From Acidobacteriota bacterium (GTDB taxonomy: Bacteria; Acidobacteriota; UBA890; WLXD01): a stretch of DNA of 64,000 nt. A program made the position numbers and the translations under genes. Below are positions 30,052 through 40,679 of this stretch, piece after piece. The notes beneath the pieces were generated by a model. It ran no database searches. It was given only the letters and a program-made list of their open reading frames with translations, and had not been told where the DNA came from. Location of the stretch: the NCBI GenBank assembly GCA_963666215.2, contig CAXWPL010000004.1, positions 256,001 through 320,000 of the forward strand. The letters run 5' to 3'. The stretch's first letter is position 1, and each line of letters begins with the position of its first letter.

Positions 30052-30264
30052 CCGAGGCTCCAACTGCGCTGTCTACATTGCCAGCCGCAAACGGGCCGTT
30101 CGCGATCCTGAGAGACGAGCGAGCCCGTCACGCGCCCGGGGGAGCTGCTCCTCACTGCGCCACAGTTCACTGAAGAACCGGAGCCACCCGACACTAAACG
30201 AGCATACACGGACTCTGTTCTCGTTGTTAAGCAGCAGGCGTTGATCGCCCGAACGCGCCGGACC

Positions 30265-30540
30265 CGCTACGCCCAGGCCTATGTCGCCCTGTCGCCCGGC
30301 TCCTTCAGCGAGACCTCGATCCGCGCCATCGACCCGAGCGCCGTTCCGTGGCTGTTCATCAGCGCGCGCGAAGATCGGCATCTGGTCGACATCGTCGCCG
30401 ACCTGCGAGCAACAAGCTGAACGGTAGAGCTGCTGGTTGTGCCCGGCGCCGCACACGCCACGCGATTGCTGACCGCACGCCCGGAGCTCAACGAACGGAT
30501 CTCCGCGTGGCTCTCCAGCATGCTGTCGGGCGCGGAATGA
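30265..30540 (+). pseudogene. alpha/beta hydrolase C-terminal remnant
   Basis: AYVALSPG..PWLFI..ED..PGAAHATRLL..ISAWL, with an internal TGA at 30418 and no N-terminus. Confidence 0.65.
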
Positions 30541-30650
30541 CCTCGGTCAGCGGAAACAGGAGGCCCACTCGATGATCGCTATCGAGACCGCGGTCGCCGC
30601 AAACGGCACGGCCCAAGCTCAACGGGCGCATCCACAACCGTAAGCGCGCT

Positions 30651-31823
30651 TTACGTCGCGAGCATCCCGGCGACGATGGCTCGGTAGCCGGCCGCTGCCT
30701 GGGTAAGCTGGTCGATCTCGATGTACTCGTCGACGACGTGCGCCAAGTCCGCGGTGGACGGGCCGAAGCCGATCGTCGGCACACCGGCTTCGCCCGCGCT
30801 GTAGGCGCCGTTGGTACAGAACTGATAGCTGCTCTGCTCGGGCTCGAGGCCGATGCCGCGGAGTGCCGCAAGCGCGCCCTGCACGAGCTCGTGCTCTTCC
30901 GGAAGCTCCCACGGCGCGAACCACTTCGGCTGGTCCCAGCGGGTCCCGGCATAGGAGGTGTAGTCGGTGCTCGCCAGCCGAAAGTCGGTGTCGTCGGCAC
31001 CGGCGCGCGCGGCGGCGGCGCGGAGCTCGTCGATGAGCTGTTCGCTCGTCTCACCTGGAAGCAGGCGGCGCTCGTACGTTGCGCGACACCCGCTCGGAAC
31101 CACGGAGTGAGCGGGATGCGGAACCGAGATGATGTCTGTGAGACACATCACGCCGGGGCCGACAAACACGTGCTCGGGCATCGGTAGGGATTCAATCTGT
31201 TCGATCACGGCTCGCATCTTGTGGACCGCGTTGACGCCGTGGTCTGGCGTCGAAGCGTGCGACGGCCGTCCCTTTGTGGTGACAACAAGCTCGGCACGCC
31301 CGCGCCCGGCTCGCACCACGTTCAGCTCGGACGCCTCGCCGATGACCACATAATCGGCGCCGGTGCGGTTCATCACCTGGCGCAGCGCCGCGCCCTCGAC
31401 GAGCTCTTCGCCAACCGATGCCGACGCGATCACGGTGCCCGTTAACCGTGAGCGATCGAGCGCGCCAACACCGTGAACAATCGCCGCCAACGCGCCCTTC
31501 ATGTCGGAGCTGCCACGACCGTACAATCGCCCGTCGACCACTTCACCGCCGAACGGATCGTGCGTCCACGCCTCGCGTGGGTGAATATCGACCGTGTCCA
31601 TGTGCGCGTCGAGCACAATGGTGGGCCCATCCGCCGCTCCGCGGATGACACCTACAACGCTGCCGGCCTCGTCGGTCTCGATCGAGTCGAATTCGAGGGC
31701 ACGCATTTCCTGCCGTACACGCTGCGCCACCGGGCCCTCGTTGCCCAGAACACTGGGAATACGCACCAGGTCAGCGGTGAACGACACCAGCGCATCGATC
31801 GGGATTGACGAGTCGTTCGCCAA
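30651..31823 (-). CDS. M20 metallohydrolase, YgeY-like
   Basis: DAHMDTV, GRGSSDMKG, EE, GE, GRPSHAS, FCTNG, GFGP..AHVVDE. Confidence 0.88.
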   Translation of the reverse strand: MANDSSIPIDALVSFTADLVRIPSVLGNEGPVAQRVRQEMRALEFDSIETDEAGSVVGVIRGAADGPTIVLDAHMDTVDIHPREAWTHDPFGGEVVDGRLYGRGSSDMKGALAAIVHGVGALDRSRLTGTVIASASVGEELVEGAALRQVMNRTGADYVVIGEASELNVVRAGRGRAELVVTTKGRPSHASTPDHGVNAVHKMRAVIEQIESLPMPEHVFVGPGVMCLTDIISVPHPAHSVVPSGCRATYERRLLPGETSEQLIDELRAAAARAGADDTDFRLASTDYTSYAGTRWDQPKWFAPWELPEEHELVQGALAALRGIGLEPEQSSYQFCTNGAYSAGEAGVPTIGFGPSTADLAHVVDEYIEIDQLTQAAAGYRAIVAGMLAT

Positions 31824-32614
31824 GGCGGGAATCCTCCAGAGTGAGACAGGCCGGGCCTATCATAGGGGCTGCCGCGGGAGTCAATGTGAACCGGCCTGAC
31901 GTCGACCCGAACCGATTCGGAGATCTCTCGACCCGTGACAATGTCGAGTGCCCCGAGCATCGACCGGCGAGGCTGCGAGGGAAACTTCGAAAAGGTCGCG
32001 CCACGGGTTGTCACGGCTGCTATCATGCATCGTAAGTAGGTCATCATTGGGACGGTGGTCAATGGCGAGCTCGAGTTCCGAGCCGGCAAGCTGTACGACG
32101 CAGATCGAGTAGCGATCTTCGAAAGTAATGCCGCAGAGCCGTTCTGTCTGACCCCGGGTAGGAGCTGGAATCTTAGGAAAATAGGAACCCCGTCAGGGAC
32201 GTCTCCCTACGGTGAGCGCCTCGTCGCGGCGCAGAGAGCTCTCGGCAAGCAGGGAGCCCTCGCCAGCGCGCGGTGCCCCAGCGCCGGCTACAGCGGCGCG
32301 AATCACCGTCGTCGAGTTGCGGAGCGCCTCACAGGCGCCCAACGCCTTCGCCATGGGAACCGACCGGGCTATCAGCCCGATCCGAGAATCCCTCCGAAGG
32401 CCGAGCCCCTGACGAGTAGCCAAAACACCATGCTTCAGAACCCAACGATTGGCTCAGGCCCAGAAGATTGCGGCGACTTCCTGTTCAGGAGAACGCTGCC
32501 CACGAGTTGTGACCACGTCGGTCACAGAACGCGCGGAGAGATTCCGCGCACGTCAAGCAGGTCGGCAGGTACGCGTCATCGTGGCTCCGACTCGCAAAAC
32601 AACGGAGTACAGAG

Positions 32615-32821
32615 ATGCGTATCAAGGGAACCGTAAAGTGGTTTAACGACCAGAAGGGTTTCGGATTCATCACGCCTGAGGACGGCAGCAAGGACTGCTT
32701 CGTCCACCAGAGCGCCATCAAGGCCGAGGGCTTCAGAACCCTCGCCGAAGGCGCCCAGGTTGAGTTCGAGGTCGTGCAGGGCGCCAAAGGCCCGGCCGCT
32801 GAGAACGTCGTTACACTCTAG
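32615..32821 (+). CDS. cspA: cold-shock protein
   Basis: [30 protein letters not shown]. Confidence 0.97.
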   Translation: MRIKGTVKWFNDQKGFGFITPEDGSKDCFVHQSAIKAEGFRTLAEGAQVEFEVVQGAKGPAAENVVTL

Positions 32822-32869
32822 GTCTCGCGATCTAGTGGTCTAGATCTCGAGTAGATCTAGACGGAGTTG

Positions 32870-32906
32870 GCGGGCCGTCCCAAGTAATCGGGGCGGCCCG
32901 TTCTTC
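32870..32906 (+). terminator. intrinsic terminator of csp
   Basis: GCGGGCCGTCCC-loop-GGGGCGGCCCGT followed by TCTTC. Confidence 0.7.
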
Positions 32907-32929
32907 GTGAGTGGCGCGACACACCCGGC

Positions 32930-33264
32930 AGCGCTCGCGATACCGTGGCGGCCTGCGGAGTCTCTTCTGCACGGCGCTGAGATAACTGATCCCCAACAAG
33001 GACAGCTTCGGGACGCTGTTGGCGCGCGCGGCGCCCGACTGCTCCCTCGACATGCGGTACCAGCACATGAGTAACGACGGCGTTCTGAAGACGGGCGAGT
33101 GCCGCTCGCTTCCCGAGGTTCTGGCCGACGGTCGCCTGCGAGTGCACGAAAGCTGGCAATGGACCTTGGGCACCGGCGGCTCGGGCACCTCGGTCATCGA
33201 GGAGATTCGCGAGGCCGACGAGCCGAAACACCCTCGCCGACACGATCCGAGCCGCAAGGAGTAA
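32930..33264 (+). pseudogene. remnant of a small conserved protein (family often auto-annotated 'n-acetylglutamate synthase')
   Basis: RYRGG/FGTLLA..LDMRYQH..TGECRSLPEVLADGRLRVHESWQWT..GTSVIEE. No start; an apparent insert carries TAA at 32983. Confidence 0.65.
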
Positions 33265-33269
33265 CCACC

Positions 33270-33669
33270 ATGCAGGGTGCATACGCCGACGTGAACGTCC
33301 CGGCGCGAGGCTGGCTGCGAGTCGAGGCGCTCGTGATCTTCGGCGCCTGCCTGGCCCTCTACGGCTGGCTCGGCGGCGGCTGGACGCAGTTCGCGCTGCT
33401 TTTTCTGGTTCCTGATATCTCGTTCACCGGGTATCTGGCAGGCAGCCGCGCAGGCGCGCTCGTCTACAACGCCTTCCATACGTATGCGGCTACCGGCTGT
33501 CATCGTCATCGCAAGCTGGTTCGTCGGTGGCGCACTCGTTTATGCCGTGATCTGGACCGCTCACATCGCCTTCGACCGAGCGCTCGGATACGGCCTCAAG
33601 CTCCCAGCCAGCTTCCACCACACGCATCTGGGGCGCATCGGGCGACCTGGCAACCAAGAGGACTCGTAG
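33270..33669 (+). pseudogene. DUF4260 membrane protein, frameshifted
   Basis: LRVEAL..LFLVPDIS..YNAFHTY, then a frame change near 33489 to IWTAHIAFDRALGYGLK..FHHTHLG. Confidence 0.85.
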
Positions 33670-33723
33670 GTTGACCACCCCAGACGGGCAGGCCCTCTTG
33701 ATGCATCTCGAGCGCGTTTAGGC

Positions 33724-34554
33724 GTGTTGCCGCGACTCATCGGCGTAACAGCGGTGTTGCTGGCCGCGTACGTCGCGTATCTCAGCCTCCTGTTCGTCGT
33801 TCAGCGGCGGGTGATGTACCCGGGAGCGCAGGCCACACCTCGGTCGGCATCTCCGGAAGCGATTCGGCACGGAGTCGAGTCTCTCTGGCTGTCGACATCG
33901 AGCGGCGAAGTGGAGGCTTGGTACCTACCAGCTGCGTCGACGGTGGAACGCGGCCCGGCCGCCGTCGTCTTCCACGGCAACGCCGAGCTAGCGCTCGACT
34001 CCGCCGCTGTCCTGGCGCACCTGAGCGAGCTCGGGGTTGCCGCACTGTACGTCGAGTACCCGGGATACGGACGTTCCGCCGGCAGCCCCTCGGAGAATTC
34101 GATCGTCGATGCCGCGACGGTGGGGTACGACTGGTTGGTGGCGCGGCCCGACGTCGACTCGGAACGCGTGTTCGCGCTCGGGCGTAGCCTCGGCGCCGGG
34201 GTGGCCGCAGGCCTGGCGCAACACCGGCCAGTGGCGGCGTTGGTGTTGTGGTCGCCGTTCGTGAGCGTCGGCTATCTGGCGCTGCGCAGCTACGGTGCAC
34301 CGCCGTTTCTGGCCCGCGATCGCTACGATACGCGTCGGGTCTTGTCGACTTTCGGCCGCCCTGTGCTGATCTTCCACGGCAACCGCGACCAGGTCATCCC
34401 CTACCACCACGCGACTGTTCTGGCGGCCGCTGGCAAAGCCGCCACGCTTGTCAGCTGGGACTGCGGCCACAACGATTGCCCGCCATCGTGGCGTGAGCTA
34501 TGGGATCCGTTGACCAGCTTTCTTCAGGCGAATCGACTCCTCGGTCACCGGTGA
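33724..34554 (+). CDS. alpha/beta hydrolase (ABHD/BEM46-like)
   Basis: FHGNAE, EYPGYG, GRSLG, HGNRD, GHND. Confidence 0.92.
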   Translation: MLPRLIGVTAVLLAAYVAYLSLLFVVQRRVMYPGAQATPRSASPEAIRHGVESLWLSTSSGEVEAWYLPAASTVERGPAAVVFHGNAELALDSAAVLAHLSELGVAALYVEYPGYGRSAGSPSENSIVDAATVGYDWLVARPDVDSERVFALGRSLGAGVAAGLAQHRPVAALVLWSPFVSVGYLALRSYGAPPFLARDRYDTRRVLSTFGRPVLIFHGNRDQVIPYHHATVLAAAGKAATLVSWDCGHNDCPPSWRELWDPLTSFLQANRLLGHR

Positions 34555-34905
34555 TGAAGTGAAGCCAGAACGGGCCGCAGAAGTCGCACCGGCCGAAGCT
34601 CGGCGACGGTCTCGCAGCGCCGCTGCATCGTCGACTTCGGGTCGGCGCGCGCTCGTGGAGGCGAGAGAGAGGATCGCCTTTCAGTGCTGCCCACCACGAG
34701 CTGTTTGTGAGCGTCGATCTGAGGGAGAATGCCGGCTGGTACCCGTCCTTCCTCGGACCAGGCTTCGAGCGCTCCCGTACGTTCCCTACAGGAAGCAAGA
34801 GACGAGATACGCCGCCAGTGGCGAGTCCGCGGGAGTCGGTGCGACGCGCATCGACCTCGTCCTCGGCCGCTCCTCGAACTGACCCTAGCCGCGAAAGACC
34901 ACGCC

Positions 34906-37900
34906 ATGACCAAGCTGATCTCGAAAGCGGGAGCCGTCCTGCTGACGCTCTCTGCGATCTCACTTCCGACCCAAGCCGCGGCCCAAGCGGCGGACGGCGA
35001 CCCTATCGAGCACGCGCTCTCCGGCTTGCCCCTGCGTGGCATCGGCCCTGCGCTGATGGGCGGGCGTATTGCCGACATCGCGGTGAATCCAAATGATCGC
35101 AGCACGTGGTTTGTCGCGGTGGGCTCTGGCGGCCTGTGGAAGACGACAAACGCCGGCACTACATGGACCCCCGTGTTCGATGAGCAGCCGACCTACTCGA
35201 TCGGCGTCGTCACGCTCGACCCGAGCAACCCCGACATCGTCTGGGTTGGCACCGGCGAGAACGTCAGCGGCCGCCACGTTGGCTGGGGCTCGGGCGTCTA
35301 CCGCAGCCGCGACGCCGGCGCGACCTGGGAGCAGATGGGGCTCGAGGCGTCGGAGCACATCGGCAAGATCCTCGTCGATCCTCGCGACGGTGACGTGGTG
35401 CTGGTAGCCGCAGAGGGGCCACTCTGGTCGTCGGGCGGTGAGCGCGGCGTATATAGGACCATTGACGGCGGCGACTCCTGGGAGGCGGTGCTCGAGATCG
35501 ACGAGAACACCGGCGTCACCGATATCGAGTTCGACCCGACCAACCCCGACACGGTCTATGCCGCGGCCTACCAGCGCCGCCGCCACATCTGGGCGCTCCT
35601 CGGTGGAGGCCCCCAATCGGGGATCTACAAATCGACCGACGGGGGCGACACCTGGCGCCACATCGAGCGCGGCCTGCCGCGGGGCGACATGGGCAAGATC
35701 GGGCTCGCGGTCACGCTGGCCGATCCTGAACTGGTGTACGCGACCGTCGAGGCCGACGACGAGGAGCGGGGCTTCTACCGCTCGCGCGACAAGGGCGAGA
35801 GCTGGGAGCGCCGCGACTCCTACATCTCGGGCGGCACCGGCCCGCACTACTACCAGGAAATTGAGGCCTCGCCGCACGATCCCGATCTGATCTACCAGAT
35901 GGACGTCTTCTTTCACGTCACGCGTGACGGCGGCGCCACTTTCGATTTTCTCGGCACCGGGCGCGAGAAGCACAGCGACAACCACGCGCTGTGGATCGAC
36001 CCTGAGGACAAGAGCGGCAGGCACCTGATCGCCGGCACCGACGCCGGCCTCTACGAGACGTTCGACGAGGGCACCACCTGGAAATACTTCCCCAACCTAC
36101 CGATCTCGCAGTTCTACAAGGTTGCGCTGAGCAACTCCGAGCCGTTCTACGACATCCTGGGTGGCGCCCAAGATCTCGGCACGCTGCACGGACCGTCCCG
36201 CACAACGAACATCGAGGGCGTGCGTAACCGCGACTGGTATGTGCCCATGGGAGCGGACGGGTATGGCGTCGCCATCGACCCCACAGACCCGCACATCCTC
36301 TACCTCATGACCCAGCAGGGAGACCTGTCACGCGTCGACCGACGGAGCCAGGAAGCGCTGAGCATCCGACCGATGCCGGCTCCGGGTGAGCCGCCGGAGC
36401 GCTGGAACTGGGACTCGCCGCTGCTGATCAGTCCGCACGACTCGAATCGTCTGTACTTCGGCTCGCAGCGCGTGTGGCGCAGCGACAACCGCGGGAATTC
36501 GTGGACGGCGCTGAGCGGCGACCTAACCACCAACCGCAACCGTTACGAGCTCGACTTCATGGGCCGCGTCTGGAGCGTCGACTCGCTGTACGACAACGGC
36601 GCCATGTCGAAGTACGCAACGCTCACCGCGATCTCGGAGTCACCGGTAACGGAAGGGGTTCTCTACACGGGCAGCGACGACGGCAGGATCCACGCCAGTC
36701 GCGACGGCGGGCAGAGCTGGGCCACCGCCGCCGAGCTCCCTGACGTCCCCGATCTGTCGTTCGTCGGCGACGTCGAAGCTTCGCAGCACGATGATGCCAC
36801 CGTCTTCACCGTGGCCGACGCGCACAAAACCGGCGACTTTTCGCCCTACGTCTTCGAAAGCAGCGACAGCGGTGCGTCATGGCGGTCGATTGCCGGCGAT
36901 CTTCCCGACGGCACCATCGTTTGGGCGATCCAGCAGGACCACGTCGACGCCGATCTGCTCTTCCTCGCCACCGAGTACGGCATCTACTTCACTCCGAACG
37001 GTGGAACGAACTGGCACATGCTCTCGGCAGGAGCACCCACGATCGCCTTCCGCGACATCAAGCTGCACCGGCGCGACAACGACATCGTTGGAGCGACCTT
37101 CGGGCGCGGGTTCTACATCCTCGACGACTACTCGCCACTGCGCGAGATCGCCAACGGCGTGCTCGACGGGGATGGTGGCCTACTGCCCGTGCGCGACGCT
37201 TGGTGGTACGTGCCATCGGTGCCATCGCAAGCGGCTGGGAGACCCACGCGCGGTAGCACCGCATTCGTGGCACCCAACCCCGATTTCGGTGCAACGTTCA
37301 CGTACTACCTCGCCGAGGCACCGCGAACGGCGCGGGACGAGCGTCGGGAGCACGAGAAGGAGTTGCGCATTCGGGGCGAGGACGCTCCGTTCCCTGGCTT
37401 CGAAGTGCTGCGCGAGGAAGCCGTCGAAGGTGAGCCGAAGGTGTTGCTGCTGGTTCGCGACGCGCAAGGCGAGCCGGTTCGCTGGGTCGAGGGTCCAGCG
37501 CTCGCGGGCATACACCGAGTGAGCTGGGATCTGCGCCGCCCGGCGCCCAACCCGATCAACTTCAGTACACCCGGATTCTCACCCCCGTGGGTGACAGCTC
37601 CGCGCGGCCCGCTGGTTGCGCCCGGAGTGTACGAAGCCGAGTTGTTCGTGGTCTCGAGCAGCGGAGCAAGGAGCGTCGGAGAAGCGCAGACCTTCGAGGT
37701 CAAGCCGGTGCCCACGGCCCCCGGCACGGATTTCGTAGCGGTCGCCGCCTTCCAACAGGAAACGAGCGAGCTCATGCGACGGATATCGGGCGCCGGCGCC
37801 GAAATGGGTCGTGCCCGCGATCGCCTGCGGCACATGCGCGCCGCGCTCGTGCAAACGCCGCGCGCCGATCCGTCGCTTTACGCTCGAGTCGACGGACTGG

Positions 37901-38196
37901 TCGGACGTCTCGCGGCTCTGAATATGGAGCTCTCGGGCGACCCGGCTCGCCAGCGACTCGACGAGGCGACCTCGCCAGCAATCCGAGGTCTCGTGGGCTC
38001 GGTGATCGGCGGCCACTGGGGCACTCGACAGACCCCGACCGCCGCTCAACGCGCCAGTATCCAGATCGCCACCACAGCGTTCGCCGATCTGAGCCAAAGA
38101 CTGGCCGGGCTGCTCGATACCGACCTCGTCGCCCTCGAGCAGGATCTCGAGGCAGCCGGGGCGCCCTGGACGCCGGGCCGGAAGTTGTCGCAATAG
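34906..38196 (+). CDS. VPS10/sortilin-like BNR-repeat secreted 'glycosyl hydrolase'
   Basis: Signal peptide; RGIGPALMGGRI; many SxDGGxTW Asp-boxes. Confidence 0.9.
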   Translation: MTKLISKAGAVLLTLSAISLPTQAAAQAADGDPIEHALSGLPLRGIGPALMGGRIADIAVNPNDRSTWFVAVGSGGLWKTTNAGTTWTPVFDEQPTYSIGVVTLDPSNPDIVWVGTGENVSGRHVGWGSGVYRSRDAGATWEQMGLEASEHIGKILVDPRDGDVVLVAAEGPLWSSGGERGVYRTIDGGDSWEAVLEIDENTGVTDIEFDPTNPDTVYAAAYQRRRHIWALLGGGPQSGIYKSTDGGDTWRHIERGLPRGDMGKIGLAVTLADPELVYATVEADDEERGFYRSRDKGESWERRDSYISGGTGPHYYQEIEASPHDPDLIYQMDVFFHVTRDGGATFDFLGTGREKHSDNHALWIDPEDKSGRHLIAGTDAGLYETFDEGTTWKYFPNLPISQFYKVALSNSEPFYDILGGAQDLGTLHGPSRTTNIEGVRNRDWYVPMGADGYGVAIDPTDPHILYLMTQQGDLSRVDRRSQEALSIRPMPAPGEPPERWNWDSPLLISPHDSNRLYFGSQRVWRSDNRGNSWTALSGDLTTNRNRYELDFMGRVWSVDSLYDNGAMSKYATLTAISESPVTEGVLYTGSDDGRIHASRDGGQSWATAAELPDVPDLSFVGDVEASQHDDATVFTVADAHKTGDFSPYVFESSDSGASWRSIAGDLPDGTIVWAIQQDHVDADLLFLATEYGIYFTPNGGTNWHMLSAGAPTIAFRDIKLHRRDNDIVGATFGRGFYILDDYSPLREIANGVLDGDGGLLPVRDAWWYVPSVPSQAAGRPTRGSTAFVAPNPDFGATFTYYLAEAPRTARDERREHEKELRIRGEDAPFPGFEVLREEAVEGEPKVLLLVRDAQGEPVRWVEGPALAGIHRVSWDLRRPAPNPINFSTPGFSPPWVTAPRGPLVAPGVYEAELFVVSSSGARSVGEAQTFEVKPVPTAPGTDFVAVAAFQQETSELMRRISGAGAEMGRARDRLRHMRAALVQTPRADPSLYARVDGLVGRLAALNMELSGDPARQRLDEATSPAIRGLVGSVIGGHWGTRQTPTAAQRASIQIATTAFADLSQRLAGLLDTDLVALEQDLEAAGAPWTPGRKLSQ

Positions 38197-38433
38197 TCGG
38201 CGCCAGCGCCAGGATCGCGCGCCCCGGAAGCGGGCGACCCGAAACCACCGAAAATCGCCTGCCACGCAACACGGAGCGCGGGCCGTGAGGGTCGGGCGAC
38301 GTGCGCAACCACAACGTCCGCAGCGACCAGAATACGGGACTCTCGCTCCGCGAATAGGATCCGTCAGCACCAGAGAATCGCCTCGACCGTCGATGCACGA
38401 CGGCGTCCGGGATGCACGGGAGGTCAGCTCCTT

Positions 38434-40508
38434 TTGAGAGTCTTCACGGCACGGATCAGGCGGCTGTTCGGCTCCGACGAGGCCGAGATCGTCCTCATCG
38501 GCTCGTCGATTGTCGTGGGCGTGGCGGCGGGGCTTGCGGCGGTCGTGTTTCGTTTCCTGATCTCCGCCGTGGAGCACGGCGGTTACGCGCTCGTACCTCG
38601 CTTGACGTCTGACTTCGGGCGTCTCTACGTCGTCCTGGTACCCATCGTCGGCGGCCTGTTGGTGGGCTGGCTGGTGACGTCATTCGCCCCGGAGGCCAAG
38701 GGACACGGCGTCCCCGAGGTGATGGAGGCGGTGGCGCGGCGCGGTGGACGGATTCGCCCTGCGGTCGTCCTGGTCAAGTCGCTAGCCTCGTCGATATGCA
38801 TCGGCAGCGGCGGGTCGGGCGGGCGCGAGGGCCCGATCGTGCAGATCGGGGCGGCACTGGGCTCGTTCGTTGGCCAGAAAATGCGGCTCTCCCAGGCGCG
38901 AATATCCAACCTCGTGGCCTGCGGCGCCGCGGCCGGAATCGCCGCCACCTTCAACGCCCCTATAGCCGGAGTGATCTTCGCCCTCGAGGTGATTCTCGAC
39001 GGACGGTTCGGCGTTCGCTACTTCAGCTCCGTGGTCATCGCCGCAGTGGCTGCGAGCGTCATCGGGCGGGTCGGGGTTCGGTGATACTCCGGCGTTCCAC
39101 ATCCCCTTCGAGTACGGCATCAACAGCCTTTGGGAGCTGGCGCTGTAACCGATTCTCGGCCTTGTGGCTGCTGTAGCGGGCGTCGCATTCGTGCGCGTGC
39201 TCTATCGCGCTGAAGACCTGTTCGATGGTTGGCGTGGAGTGCCTGCAGCTCTGAAGCCAGCCATAGGTGGCGCGTTGCTCGGCCTGGTCGCTCTCGCATA
39301 CCCGTCGCTGACCGGAGTGCGATGGGAGCGTGTACCGCACGTCTTCAATGTGGGCTACGACGTCATCGAACAGTCACTGGCCAGCGAGCTGTCGCTGATG
39401 ATTCTGCTCACGCTGTTCGTCCTGAAGATGCTGGCCACGAGCCTGACACTCGGATCCGGCGGCTCGGGCGGTGTGTTCGCTCCCTCGCTATTCATGGGAG
39501 CGATGCTGGGTGGGGCGTTCGCGCTCGTTGCCGAATCGCTGTTCCCCAGCGTGCCAGCCCCGGCTGGTGCCTACGCTCTCGTGGGCATGGCGGCGATGTT
39601 CGCTGCCTGCGCGCACGCGCCCATAACCGCGATCATCATCCTGTTCGAGCTCACCGGCGACTACCGGATCATGTTGCCGCTGATGCTCACGACGGTGGTG
39701 GCGACGCTCGCCGCGAGGAAGATGCTCGGCGGGGAGTCAATCTACAGCCTCAAGCTCGCGCGCCGCGGCGGACAGCTGAGCCGCGGCCGTGATGCGGCCT
39801 TGCTCGCCGGCGTCAGCGTTTCCGAAATCATGGCCCACGATGTGGCATCGGTGCCATCGGATGTGCCGATTGGCGAGCTCGGCGAGCACTTCCGGCGACG
39901 GCGGAAGACCGGGCTCCTCGTCCACGGCCAGCCCGGGGTGCTTGCCGGCGTGGTGACTCTCTCCGATCTCGAGAAGGCACTCGAGCGCGGTGATCCGGCC
40001 ACGGCGGCAGCAGGCTCGATCGCGACACAGCTCGAGGATCTGGAGATCGTGAACCCAGACGACACCATGGGCACGGCGCTAGCCAGGATGGCGGCTCGGG
40101 GGGGTCGGCCGACTGCCCGTCGTCGAGCGAGGCGGCAGCCCGCGAATCCTCGGCGTCGTGCGCCGCGCCGACGCCATCCGCGCCTATCAGCTGGCGTCGG
40201 CACGCCAGGCAGAAGCGAAAGGCGATTGGGAAGACTCGGGCAGGGCTCGACACGGTGACGCGGCCCACTTCGTGGACCTCCGACTCGCCACCGATGACGC
40301 TGCCGCCGGACGATCGGTTCGCGATGTCGCGCCGGGGCTGCCGCCCGATTCGCTCCTTGTGGCGATCAGTCGAGACAGCGAGTTGATCATCCCGCGCGGT
40401 GACACCGTCCTGGCGGATGGTGACCGTCTGACCGCATTCGTGCGACGAGAGCACGCCGAAGCACTGATCCGTGCTTTCAAAGAAGGTCCGGAGAAAGAGC
40501 AGCGCTGA
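38434..40508 (+). pseudogene. ClC chloride channel with CBS pair and TrkA-C domain, disrupted
   Basis: GHGVPEV, GREGP, GGVFAP motifs. Frameshift near 39075, TAA at 39146, frameshift in a G7 run at 40098-40104. Confidence 0.88.
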
Positions 40509-40679
40509 GCCCGCAGCTCGTCGGGCAGCTGCGGCTAAGTTCGTCGCCTGGTTGCCGAACTGCGCCGTCGAGTCGACAGCAAGTACGACTTGACCCAGAC
40601 AGGAGTCGCGCCCCTCGAGCCATTCCTCGCAAGGCTGTAGCGGCGTTCTGTCAAGCCTTCGAGTTGTGGGTTTCCGCTG

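Noticed and set aside
30418-30420. In-frame TGA as selenocysteine, next to a YgeY-like 'selenium-linked' hydrolase
   Set aside because: The gene lacks its N-terminus, the position is not a Cys-type catalytic site, and no convincing SECIS was seen. CGA>TGA decay is simpler.
30640-30655. GTAAGCG as an IS66 terminus
   Set aside because: Only a 7-bp match, with no partner end or transposase.
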